Shown piece by piece: positions 10,989 to 18,864 of a stretch of 64,000 nucleotides of DNA. Location of the stretch: contig CAVTNQ010000003.1 in assembly GCA_963736125.1 (NCBI GenBank), positions 27,899 to 91,898 on the forward strand, written 5' to 3'. This DNA is from Candidatus Latescibacterota bacterium (GTDB lineage Bacteria; Krumholzibacteriota; Krumholzibacteriia; WVZY01; JAKEHA01). The notes below the pieces were generated by a model. That model was not told where the DNA came from. It saw only the letters and a list, made by a program, of their open reading frames with translations, and searched no databases. Position 1 is the stretch's first letter; every line of letters starts with the position of its first letter. A program made the translations under genes and the position numbers.

Positions 10989-12146
10989 CTAGAACGCTAC
11001 TTGCAGACCGGTTTCGAACACATCCGCGGAGAAATTATTGCTGTTGAAATACCGTTCATATCCGAATGTCAGCTGGGCCCGCGAGCCGAGATGACCGAAG
11101 AATCTGTGAGGGTACCATTGTATTTGGCCCCCGAAGAGGTGCGCGCCGAAGTCGCTCAGGCGATAGTCGGCGGTTTGGTAGCCGCCGACACCGCCCGGCT
11201 GCACGTACTCGCTGCGATAGAAATTCGACGGGAGCTGGGCGTAGTAGCGATAGCGATACCGGAAGACGAACTCGTCGTTGACGTATTGGTTCAGCTTGAC
11301 ACCCACCATGTGCGACGTAACACCCCAGTCGTCGCTGTAAAACCGGTAGTCGAGCTTGATGCTCGAGCGGTTGTAGATGTACTGGCTCAAGCCCACGAAG
11401 TAATCCTGGCGCATGCGCTCATTGGGATGATTCTCGGGGACGTTGGTGCCGGCGACGTACACGTTGCGGTACGGGTCTTCCTGGAGACCGGTGACACGAT
11501 TGAACTCGGCGCCCGCGCGCAGCACCGTCGTCTTGGACAGTACCTGCGTGGCGGCGACGTCCCAGTGCGTGGTGCGTCGATAGTCCGGAATGCCGGGCGT
11601 GTCGCTGTCGGCCAGGGGCTTGATGCTGTCCCAGCTGTAACTCCCGCCCACCGAGATGTTGAGGTTGTCGCCGCGAAAGCCGCGGTTGTAACCGAACGAC
11701 ACCATTTGTGCGAAGTAGTCGCTCTCCTTCGACACGTAGTAACCGGCACTGTAGCCCTCGTAGTTGACACTGCCTTCGAAGGAGTTGCGCACCTTCACGT
11801 AGTCCTGGTATGGATCGGCGCTGTTGGCGATGGGCCGGCTGGCCGCCGTGATGGCGTCGGCCGCTTCCTGGCTCCCCGGCGGCGCGTCGATGGCGGGGAA
11901 CACGACGCGGTCGTGCACCCACTGGAACGTCATGCCCATGTTGTTATTGAAGCGCATATCCGTCGTCACATAGTGACCGAACACGTCGACGCCGTTGACG
12001 TCGGTGTAGAAATTGAACAAGTACGACGCCGTGGTCTCCGTGATGCCGGCGCGCGCGCACGGCACCCACGCCGCGACCGTGGCACCCGCGACGGTTGCCG
12101 CCAGCAGCAATTGCTTGCTGTGCGTATGCGTTACTTGCAGGCGCAT
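10989..12146 (-). CDS. DUF3570-family outer-membrane protein
   Basis: Beta-barrel pattern, DAITAAS motif, SxExDY, LxDPYR, ExxPxxR, RYYxQ, TADYRLS. C-terminal LQVAF. Adjacent to DUF4266 and TlpA. Start taken at MRLQV (12146). Confidence 0.8.
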   Translation of the reverse strand: MRLQVTHTHSKQLLLAATVAGATVAAWVPCARAGITETTASYLFNFYTDVNGVDVFGHYVTTDMRFNNNMGMTFQWVHDRVVFPAIDAPPGSQEAADAITAASRPIANSADPYQDYVKVRNSFEGSVNYEGYSAGYYVSKESDYFAQMVSFGYNRGFRGDNLNISVGGSYSWDSIKPLADSDTPGIPDYRRTTHWDVAATQVLSKTTVLRAGAEFNRVTGLQEDPYRNVYVAGTNVPENHPNERMRQDYFVGLSQYIYNRSSIKLDYRFYSDDWGVTSHMVGVKLNQYVNDEFVFRYRYRYYAQLPSNFYRSEYVQPGGVGGYQTADYRLSDFGAHLFGGQIQWYPHRFFGHLGSRAQLTFGYERYFNSNNFSADVFETGLQVAF

Positions 12147-12340
12147 CCGCCCCCGGCGCCCCCGGCGCCCCCGGTCGAGCCCTCGCGGGCGTCGAGCCAT
12201 TTTTGTTCGCGCATGGCTTCGTCCTTGGACGAAACCATGATGCCGTCGGCCAGGTGCTCCTTCTCGTACGGACGCACCGACGAGCAACCCGCCGCCAAGC
12301 CGAGTGATACTGCCAATACGATTCGTTGTACGCGTTTCAT
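12131..12340 (-). CDS. DUF4266-family small lipoprotein
   Basis: 69 aa: lipobox LAAGC, 'VRPYEKEHLAD', C-terminal 'REGSTGGAGGAGGGCACK'. Confidence 0.85.
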   Translation of the reverse strand: MKRVQRIVLAVSLGLAAGCSSVRPYEKEHLADGIMVSSKDEAMREQKWLDAREGSTGGAGGAGGGCACK

Positions 12341-12918
12341 CGCGAATCTCCGTTGTTGGGCATGGTGGCCGAGCCGCCCATTCCCGCCGCTTGCGGCGGG
12401 AGCTTGCGCGCGGCCATCAGCGACTCGGCCTTGCTCTTGAGCGCCGCCAGATCGCCCGCGTTGCTCGTGTGCACGACGCTCACAATCTGTCCGTCGCGAT
12501 CGAGCAGGTACGTGCACGGTACCGACGGCAGGTCGAGCGAACGCGCCAGTCCCTCGGGGCCGTCGTGCAGGACGGTCAGCGAGAGCTTCATGTCCTCGGC
12601 GAAGCGCTGGGCCTTGCGTGCGTCGGTGTCGATCGAGATCGCCACCACGCGCGCACCCTGGCCCTTCCACTCCGCGTTCCAACGGTCGAACAACGCCAGC
12701 TCCTTGCGACACGGCGCGCACCACGTGGCCCAGAAGTTCACCACCACGACGTCGCCGCGCAGCGCCGAGAGGCGCGTCTTGCCGCCGTCGAACATGGCGA
12801 GCTCGTGGCTGGCCAGGGTGGCACCCGCGTCGGCCCCCGCCGCGGCGCGACCGCCGGTCGTCCCGGCGATCGCGAGCGCAACAGCCGCCGCGCCATAGAT
12901 GGTCCGTCGTTGTCTCAC
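12337..12918 (-). CDS. TlpA-family thiol-disulfide oxidoreductase
   Basis: VVVNFWATWCAPCRKE motif, cis-Pro loop SVPCTYLLDRDG, N-terminal signal. GTG 12918 with AAGGAG RBS. Confidence 0.9.
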   Translation of the reverse strand: MRQRRTIYGAAAVALAIAGTTGGRAAAGADAGATLASHELAMFDGGKTRLSALRGDVVVVNFWATWCAPCRKELALFDRWNAEWKGQGARVVAISIDTDARKAQRFAEDMKLSLTVLHDGPEGLARSLDLPSVPCTYLLDRDGQIVSVVHTSNAGDLAALKSKAESLMAARKLPPQAAGMGGSATMPNNGDSR

Positions 12919-12940
12919 GTCGAAACTCCTTCGCTTCCCT

Positions 12941-14938
12941 CTAGCGATACTGCGCACCCAACAAGACCCAGAGGTTGAACATCTCGCGCTCGGACGCATT
13001 CAACATGCTGAAGTCGTGGTGTTGGTCGGCGTTCTCGCCCACGCTCAACACGTAGTCGATCAAGGGCGAGTGACGCGGGAACGCAGGGTCCACGACGTTG
13101 CGCGGTCCCATGTCGGACTCACCCGACATGTTGACGTAGCCGCGCGGGAAGATCTGGTTCTCCATGGTCGTGTCGGGCACGGCCGTCAGGTCGAGCCCGC
13201 CTGCCGCGTCGATCGTGTCGGGCGGCATCGTGGTTGTGTAGGTCGGTTGGTGACACGAGACGCACTTGGCCGCCACGAGCGGGCCGATGTTGTCGCGATA
13301 GTTGATGTAGCGATACCCCGACGGCGGAATGTTCAGGTCCGTCGGCGGCAACGTGGCCGCGATCGGGTTCGGATTGGGATTGAAGGTCTGGTTCACCATG
13401 CGGTCCTGGTGACAGCCCGCGCACTTGGTGATCTCTTCGCCCGGGCGCATGTAGAGCCACGTGCGCTTGACCACGTAGCCGCGATCCAGCGCGTCCAGCG
13501 TCGCCCAGCTGATGGGCGTGTTGGCCGGCACACGGATGCGGAAAGATCCGTCGGGCTGAACGGGTGCGAAGCCCAACAACGCGCGCTTCTCGAATTCGTT
13601 GGCCGAGAAGTCGTTCATCTCGCCCTCTTGGGTCGGGATGCCGACGATGACCGCGATCGAGTCGATCGCGTCGACGCCGGTCGCACCCAGCAGGGGCACT
13701 TCCTGGCCGTCCGTCAAGGCACGGTTGAAGATGTCATTCGCGAGAATGGTGCCGTAGTCGAGATTCAAATCGACCGTCGTCGGAATGACGGGCGGCTTGG
13801 TATGCGGCATGAGCAGCTGCGCGTCGTACTCGTTCCAATCGGGGTCGTTATAAAGGAACGTGAGGTCGTTGATCGAGATGGTCGCCGGGCTGCCGCCGGT
13901 GCCGGCACCGGTCTGGTTCAACGTGAACGTATACAGACCGTAGTCGACGTCCGACTCGAGAGCCGCGGGCAGCGTGTACGACGCCACGTACGTGTTGCCG
14001 CCGAGCGGGAACGGGTACTTGAAGGCGCCGTACGGCCACGGCTCACCGTCGGTGTTGACCTGCGGGGTCAGCACGTTCCAGTTCATCTCCGTATTGCCCT
14101 GGGCCGGGTCGGCCGGACCCGCTTCGAGCTTCAAGACCGCGATCGGGCCCGCGTCTTCTTCGATCATGGTCGACTCGATGGCGATCAAACGACCGTCGGG
14201 AGTCGGCTGGGCATGGAAGAAGTTGCGGTTGTGCGGGCCGTACTTATGAAACGGCGCCGTGCCGTCGGGATTGGCGACGAAGAGCGGGAAGCGGTTCTGC
14301 GTACCGAAGTGCTCCCAGCGCGTGTAGATCAAGTGACCGTCGGCGTCGAGCGTCGGGTCGAAGTCGTCACTCATGTTGAAGCTGACTTGCACCATGTTCG
14401 AGCCGTCGTTGTCGCAGATGTACATGTTCTCGGCCGGCGCGTGGTTGTACTCGTCCATGTGACGCGCGCGCGAGCTGGTGAACATGATGCGACCGTCTTG
14501 CAGATACAACGGGTCGAAGTCGTGACCGCCGCCGCTGGTGACCTGGCGCAGGCCGGTCCCGTTGGCGTTGATCTCGTAGATGTTGCGGTTGCCGCCGCCG
14601 GGCGGGCGCATCGAGAAGAGAATCTTCTTCCCGTCGAACGACACGCACGGGTCGCTGATGGCCGCACCGACGAAGTTGGTGATCGGCGTCACGACACCTT
14701 CCGGCGAGATGGGCGAAAGCTTGTAGAGGTTGCCTTCCGCCCAGCTTCGGTTCAGCGTCTCTTCACCCTTGGTCTTGACGAAGACGAGCGCCGCGGTGGT
14801 TTCCTCCTGGACGATGACGTCGTCCGGAGCGCTGTCGCGACAACCGAACCCCGATAGCACGAGCGTTAGCAACGCGCCGACGAGGGTCGGTGTGGCGACA
14901 CCAGAGGCGAAGGTCTTTCTAGTGGTTGCGAATCTCAT
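12941..14938 (-). CDS. HzsA-related lipoprotein (TolB-like propeller, HZS-alpha-like middle domain, two CxxCH haem motifs)
   Basis: Lipobox SGFGC. PD40-like repeats (DPCVSFDGKKILFSM; DFDPLYLQDGRIMFTSSR; LIYTRWEH). 'APVQPDGSFRIRVPANTPI' middle-domain motif. CAGCH (13409-13423) and CVSCH (13250-13264). Confidence 0.75.
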   Translation of the reverse strand: MRFATTRKTFASGVATPTLVGALLTLVLSGFGCRDSAPDDVIVQEETTAALVFVKTKGEETLNRSWAEGNLYKLSPISPEGVVTPITNFVGAAISDPCVSFDGKKILFSMRPPGGGNRNIYEINANGTGLRQVTSGGGHDFDPLYLQDGRIMFTSSRARHMDEYNHAPAENMYICDNDGSNMVQVSFNMSDDFDPTLDADGHLIYTRWEHFGTQNRFPLFVANPDGTAPFHKYGPHNRNFFHAQPTPDGRLIAIESTMIEEDAGPIAVLKLEAGPADPAQGNTEMNWNVLTPQVNTDGEPWPYGAFKYPFPLGGNTYVASYTLPAALESDVDYGLYTFTLNQTGAGTGGSPATISINDLTFLYNDPDWNEYDAQLLMPHTKPPVIPTTVDLNLDYGTILANDIFNRALTDGQEVPLLGATGVDAIDSIAVIVGIPTQEGEMNDFSANEFEKRALLGFAPVQPDGSFRIRVPANTPISWATLDALDRGYVVKRTWLYMRPGEEITKCAGCHQDRMVNQTFNPNPNPIAATLPPTDLNIPPSGYRYINYRDNIGPLVAAKCVSCHQPTYTTTMPPDTIDAAGGLDLTAVPDTTMENQIFPRGYVNMSGESDMGPRNVVDPAFPRHSPLIDYVLSVGENADQHHDFSMLNASEREMFNLWVLLGAQYR

Positions 14939-15008
14939 GATGTTCTCCTTGGCGCCTCCCGCCGCTCGTCACGCCCACTCGGGCGAGCTTCGCGGCCGGA
15001 AACCGCAG

Positions 15009-15698
15009 CTACCTTCCCAGACTCCTGAAAAATGCGAAGCCGATTGTGTATTCCCTGTAGTCGTAGGCGACGGTGCCCTCGGTGTGAAGCTGTTGGCCGA
15101 GGACGGTGGCGCCGCGCATTTCGGCGCGAATCGCCACGTCGTCGCGGATATAAAACTCGAGACCGCCGCCGGCGGTTAATGCGTTCTTGCTCACGGGGTC
15201 GGCGTTGATGGCCTGCCCCGGATACACCGTCATCATCCCGTAACCCAGCGTTCCGTACGGCTGAAAGCGCCCCGACAGGGGATAGCGCAAGATGACGTTG
15301 AAGGTGTGCATCAGCGCGTGCAGCGACGAAGCCGGGTCGTGGCCGAACGAAACTTCGTAGCCCAGCCACGTGTTGGGGCTGTAACCCACGCGAAACGCGA
15401 AGAGGTCGTCGGACCCCAACTTTCCATACGCGGGGCTGAACGAAATGCGGTGCTTGAACCGGTTCTTGTCGTTGGTGACCCTGAAGCCGGCGTTTTCCAT
15501 CGACGGAACCAGATAGATCAGGCCATTGCCGGTGTGGCTCGAATCCGCGGCCGTGGCGGGCACTGTTTCCGGCGCGGCAGAAACTGCCGACGTGTCGACG
15601 ACGGCGGCGAGCGAATCGGGCTCGGCCGCGAACGCTGCGTTCGACGCGAGCGACGCCGCGACCAGCGACGTAAGTGCCATGATGTTGCGCGCGCTCAC
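15009..15698 (-). CDS. Outer-membrane beta-barrel protein (OmpA-like porin family)
   Basis: C-terminal part of track ORF 15009..16382. GTG 15698 with GGGAG RBS overlaps the upstream TGA. Strands QPYGTLGYG, AGGGLEFYI, EYTIGFAFF. Confidence 0.75.
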   Translation of the reverse strand: MSARNIMALTSLVAASLASNAAFAAEPDSLAAVVDTSAVSAAPETVPATAADSSHTGNGLIYLVPSMENAGFRVTNDKNRFKHRISFSPAYGKLGSDDLFAFRVGYSPNTWLGYEVSFGHDPASSLHALMHTFNVILRYPLSGRFQPYGTLGYGMMTVYPGQAINADPVSKNALTAGGGLEFYIRDDVAIRAEMRGATVLGQQLHTEGTVAYDYREYTIGFAFFRSLGR

Positions 15699-16141
15699 TT
15701 GTATTCTCCCGCTTCGATCCACGCCAGGATCGCGAGGTAGTCGGGGTCGCTCAACTCGGTGAAGGCGAACCCGCCCGCGTGTCCCGGTCCGCCGCACTCG
15801 GGTGCGAGCGGCTTCATGATCAACGGACTTGCGACCGGGTCGTGGCCGTTCACTTGAAGGCGCGCCTGGTCGAAGTCGAATTGGACGTTCTTGTTTCCGT
15901 TGGGTGATAGCTCGAAGGTTCCTCGGATCCCGCCGCCATGACAGGTCGCGTTGTCGCACCCGTGCGCCGAGAGGATCGAGTCGATGCTGGCCGCGAACGT
16001 ACCGTAGTCGAGGACATAGGCTTGCCCGCCCGTCGGCGGCGTCGGATCCGTCGGCGAAGCCGTGTCGCAACCGCTCGCGACGGCGACGGCGACAGCCGTC
16101 GACCCGACGAGCAGCGCCGACATGGCGCGATGCTTCCTCAT
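15695..16141 (-). CDS. Small lipoprotein with CX4CH putative haem c motif
   Basis: ATG 16141 (GAGG RBS), lipobox VASGC, CDNATCH, then SPLIMKPL...GHAGG...YLAILAWIEAG, resembling planctomycete/myxobacterial cytochrome c domains. Confidence 0.65.
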   Translation of the reverse strand: MRKHRAMSALLVGSTAVAVAVASGCDTASPTDPTPPTGGQAYVLDYGTFAASIDSILSAHGCDNATCHGGGIRGTFELSPNGNKNVQFDFDQARLQVNGHDPVASPLIMKPLAPECGGPGHAGGFAFTELSDPDYLAILAWIEAGEYK

Positions 16142-16434
16142 GATTCCTCGTGCGTTCACGTCGTGTTCTTTCGTTTGCATCGAGCTTCTCGTCGCGACGG
16201 CCATCGGTGGCCGCGTGCCGTGTTCCAAAAATGGACATCACGGCGCATCGCAGTGCATTTTGCGCGGCGGAAGCGAGGAAACCGGCACCGGGTCGACCGC
16301 CGTGCAGTCTCACGATGCCTTGGTTCTCCGCATACCGACGCGGCGAGCCCGCGACAGGAAAACCCGTCCGGTATTCGTGCAAGGTCTAAGCCAGAGTGAG
16401 GGAGGGAAGGAGATTGGCCGCTGGCGGCCGCGAA

Positions 16435-17484
16435 CTAGAAGTAGTGCAGCGTAATCGTGCTTACAGTTCCTGATTCGATCTTGAAGCGCGAGCGAAGGGA
16501 TTCTTCCACCCACACGACGAAACCGCCGTCGGCGCGCGGTTCGACGACCACGATCGCGAACTCGTCGTGGGCTTTGGCGAGCGCGCGCGCCTTCTCTGCG
16601 CCCAGGACGAACAAGCCGGTGTCCCACGCGTCGCACAAGGTTGCGGTCGGCGAGACCACGGTGACCGAGACGAGTCCTTGCGCCGGCCATCCGGTGCGCG
16701 GGTCGATGATGTGCCCGTAGCGTTTTCCGTCCACGTCGACGAATTGCTCGTAGCTACCCGAGGTCGAGATCGCATCGTTGTGGAGCTGGATTGTCCCGAG
16801 GTACGGGAAGCGGTTCGACGGGTCGCGGATGCCGACCGTCCAACCGCTTTTTCCCACCGCATCGCCGAGTGCGGCCATGTTGCCGGAGAGATCGACCAGC
16901 GCGTCGGTGACACCGGCGCGGCGCAATCCTTCCGCAACACGGTCGACGCCGTAGCCCTTCGCGATTCCGCCGAGGTCGATCTTCGTGTTGGGATTCGTGA
17001 AGCGGATCGTCTTGCGCGTGGGGTCGAAGCGCATCTTGTCGGGGCCGACACTCGCGAGCGCCTTCGTGATTTCGGCCTGGGAGGGGACGCGTCGCGGCCC
17101 GCCCAAGAAACCCCACAGACGCACCAACGGCTCGACGGTGATGTCCATCGCACCGTCGCTCGCGCGCGTCACGCGCTGGGCGAGATCGAGCACGGTCGCG
17201 ACTTCCGGGTGCACGACGACGTCGTTCCGGCTGGCGTCGCGATTGATGCGCGCGACCTCGCTGGTCTGCGTCCAGTTGCTCATCAAGGAGTCGACGCGGT
17301 GCAGCTCGAGCAGGCTTCGATACGCGAGGTCGGCGACGGCGGACGAGTCGGTGGTGACGAGTGTCAGCGTGGCCCACGTCCCCATGGTTTGGGTGCGAAA
17401 GGCGATTGCGCGCTTCGTGGGTTCGCCCGCGGACGCGGACGCAATAGCGACGAGGGCGAGGGCGACGACGAGTCGACGAATCAT
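16435..17484 (-). CDS. apbE: FAD:protein FMN transferase
   Basis: TMGT, DLGGIAKGY, AISTSGSYE, HIIDPRTG, SVTVV...DAWDT motifs; signal peptide. Confidence 0.93.
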   Translation of the reverse strand: MIRRLVVALALVAIASASAGEPTKRAIAFRTQTMGTWATLTLVTTDSSAVADLAYRSLLELHRVDSLMSNWTQTSEVARINRDASRNDVVVHPEVATVLDLAQRVTRASDGAMDITVEPLVRLWGFLGGPRRVPSQAEITKALASVGPDKMRFDPTRKTIRFTNPNTKIDLGGIAKGYGVDRVAEGLRRAGVTDALVDLSGNMAALGDAVGKSGWTVGIRDPSNRFPYLGTIQLHNDAISTSGSYEQFVDVDGKRYGHIIDPRTGWPAQGLVSVTVVSPTATLCDAWDTGLFVLGAEKARALAKAHDEFAIVVVEPRADGGFVVWVEESLRSRFKIESGTVSTITLHYF

Positions 17485-17489
17485 GGACG

Positions 17490-18755
17490 CTAGACTAACG
17501 CTGCGCCGCGGGTCCTGTCACCGATTACCCCGCCGCCTGGCGCGGCGGGGGCCCCATCGGCGACACCCGCGGCGGGACGCTCGGAGGTCGCGTCGGCCGC
17601 GGACGAGACGGCCACGAACTGGACGATGCCTAACACCATGACGACGGCACCGGCCGGAAACACCCAGCGCAGTTCGAACGCGTCCATCATGAAACCACCC
17701 AAGAGTGCTCCCACCAGCATGCCGAGGCTGTGCGCGACCGTCATTAAAGCCATGACACTCGCCATGGCATCGGAGCGGGAGCCCTTCTTCGCCGCGAGCG
17801 CCATCAGCGCGGGCATGCAGATCCCGCCGCCGACACCGAAGCACACCGACGCCAGCATGAAGGCACGATGGCTATCGGCCCATTGAAAGGCGAGTATCCC
17901 GTAGGCCGCGATGACGCCGCCCGTAACCACGAGCAGTGTCCGGTTGGCGCGGTCGGCGAGGATTCCCATCGGTATGTTGAGCACCCCCGCGCTCGCGATC
18001 CCGAGTGTGATGACGAGTCCGATCGACGCACTCGAGAGCGAAAGCTTGAAAGCGGCATACAAGGGCACGAAGGCCCAGATGACGCCGACGCACACCACGT
18101 ACGCGAAACGAAACGCGAATAGACTCGCGAGGGCGGGGTCGCGCAGCAATTGGTGCCACGCGCCGGGACGCGTCGACTCGCGGTGCGCTCGTTCGTTCGC
18201 GGCCGGCGGCAGAAAACACGCGCACGCCACGAATCCCAACAACGCGAGAGAACCCATGATCCAGAACGTGGCGTGGAAGCCCCAACGGTCGTTGACCAAT
18301 CCGCCGACGACGGGACCGAGGCTCATCCCGACTAGCACGACGGTCCCGTACAGCCCCATGATGCGGCCTTCGCGTCCCTCGGGCGCCAAGTCGGCCGCGT
18401 AGGCCTGGAACACCGGGATCAGCATGGCCGACGCCACCCCGTGCAGCAGCCGAACCACGATCAGAGCCGCGATGCTGTCGAGGTAAGCGAGTGCAATCGA
18501 GATGATCGCGTACGCCAGGAGCCCCACGGTCAAGAAGGTCTTGCGTCCCTTGCGATCCGAGAGGTGGCCGAAGACGGGGAGGAAGAACGCGCGCGACATC
18601 GCGTACGCGCCAAAGATGAGTGCTATGTGGAAACCGCTCGCACCCAATTGATGGGCATGCACCGGCAAAAGCGGGACGACGATGCCGACCCCGATCACCG
18701 TGGCGAACACGGAGAAAAAGAGGGTAACGAGGATTCTGCGATTCGCGGTATCCAT
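17490..18755 (-). CDS. MFS transporter (drug:H+ antiporter-like)
   Basis: 12 hydrophobic segments, motif A GHLSDRKGRK, GPVVGG motif C. Start taken at MDTANRR. Confidence 0.88.
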   Translation of the reverse strand: MDTANRRILVTLFFSVFATVIGVGIVVPLLPVHAHQLGASGFHIALIFGAYAMSRAFFLPVFGHLSDRKGRKTFLTVGLLAYAIISIALAYLDSIAALIVVRLLHGVASAMLIPVFQAYAADLAPEGREGRIMGLYGTVVLVGMSLGPVVGGLVNDRWGFHATFWIMGSLALLGFVACACFLPPAANERAHRESTRPGAWHQLLRDPALASLFAFRFAYVVCVGVIWAFVPLYAAFKLSLSSASIGLVITLGIASAGVLNIPMGILADRANRTLLVVTGGVIAAYGILAFQWADSHRAFMLASVCFGVGGGICMPALMALAAKKGSRSDAMASVMALMTVAHSLGMLVGALLGGFMMDAFELRWVFPAGAVVMVLGIVQFVAVSSAADATSERPAAGVADGAPAAPGGGVIGDRTRGAALV

Positions 18756-18864
18756 CGAGAAACGGTTGCCGTCTTGCCGGGGCACAAGAAGCGGAGGCAA
18801 AACTGACGCCATTTCCCGAAGGCGGGAGGGATTTTTTTGCCGCGCGGCCGCGCGCAGCCGATTC

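Noticed and set aside
12941-14938. Anammox hydrazine synthesis
   Set aside because: Only an alpha-like subunit is present, as a lipoprotein; there are no beta/gamma subunits or hydrazine dehydrogenase nearby.
16200-16235. Sigma54 promoter upstream of the CX4CH lipoprotein (TGGAAC...ACGC)
   Set aside because: GG/GC spacing fits, but the -12 element lacks TTGC; too weak.
18756-18864. Riboswitch upstream of the MFS gene or in the nrdA leader
   Set aside because: Only short hairpins; no recognisable FMN, TPP, SAM or cobalamin consensus.
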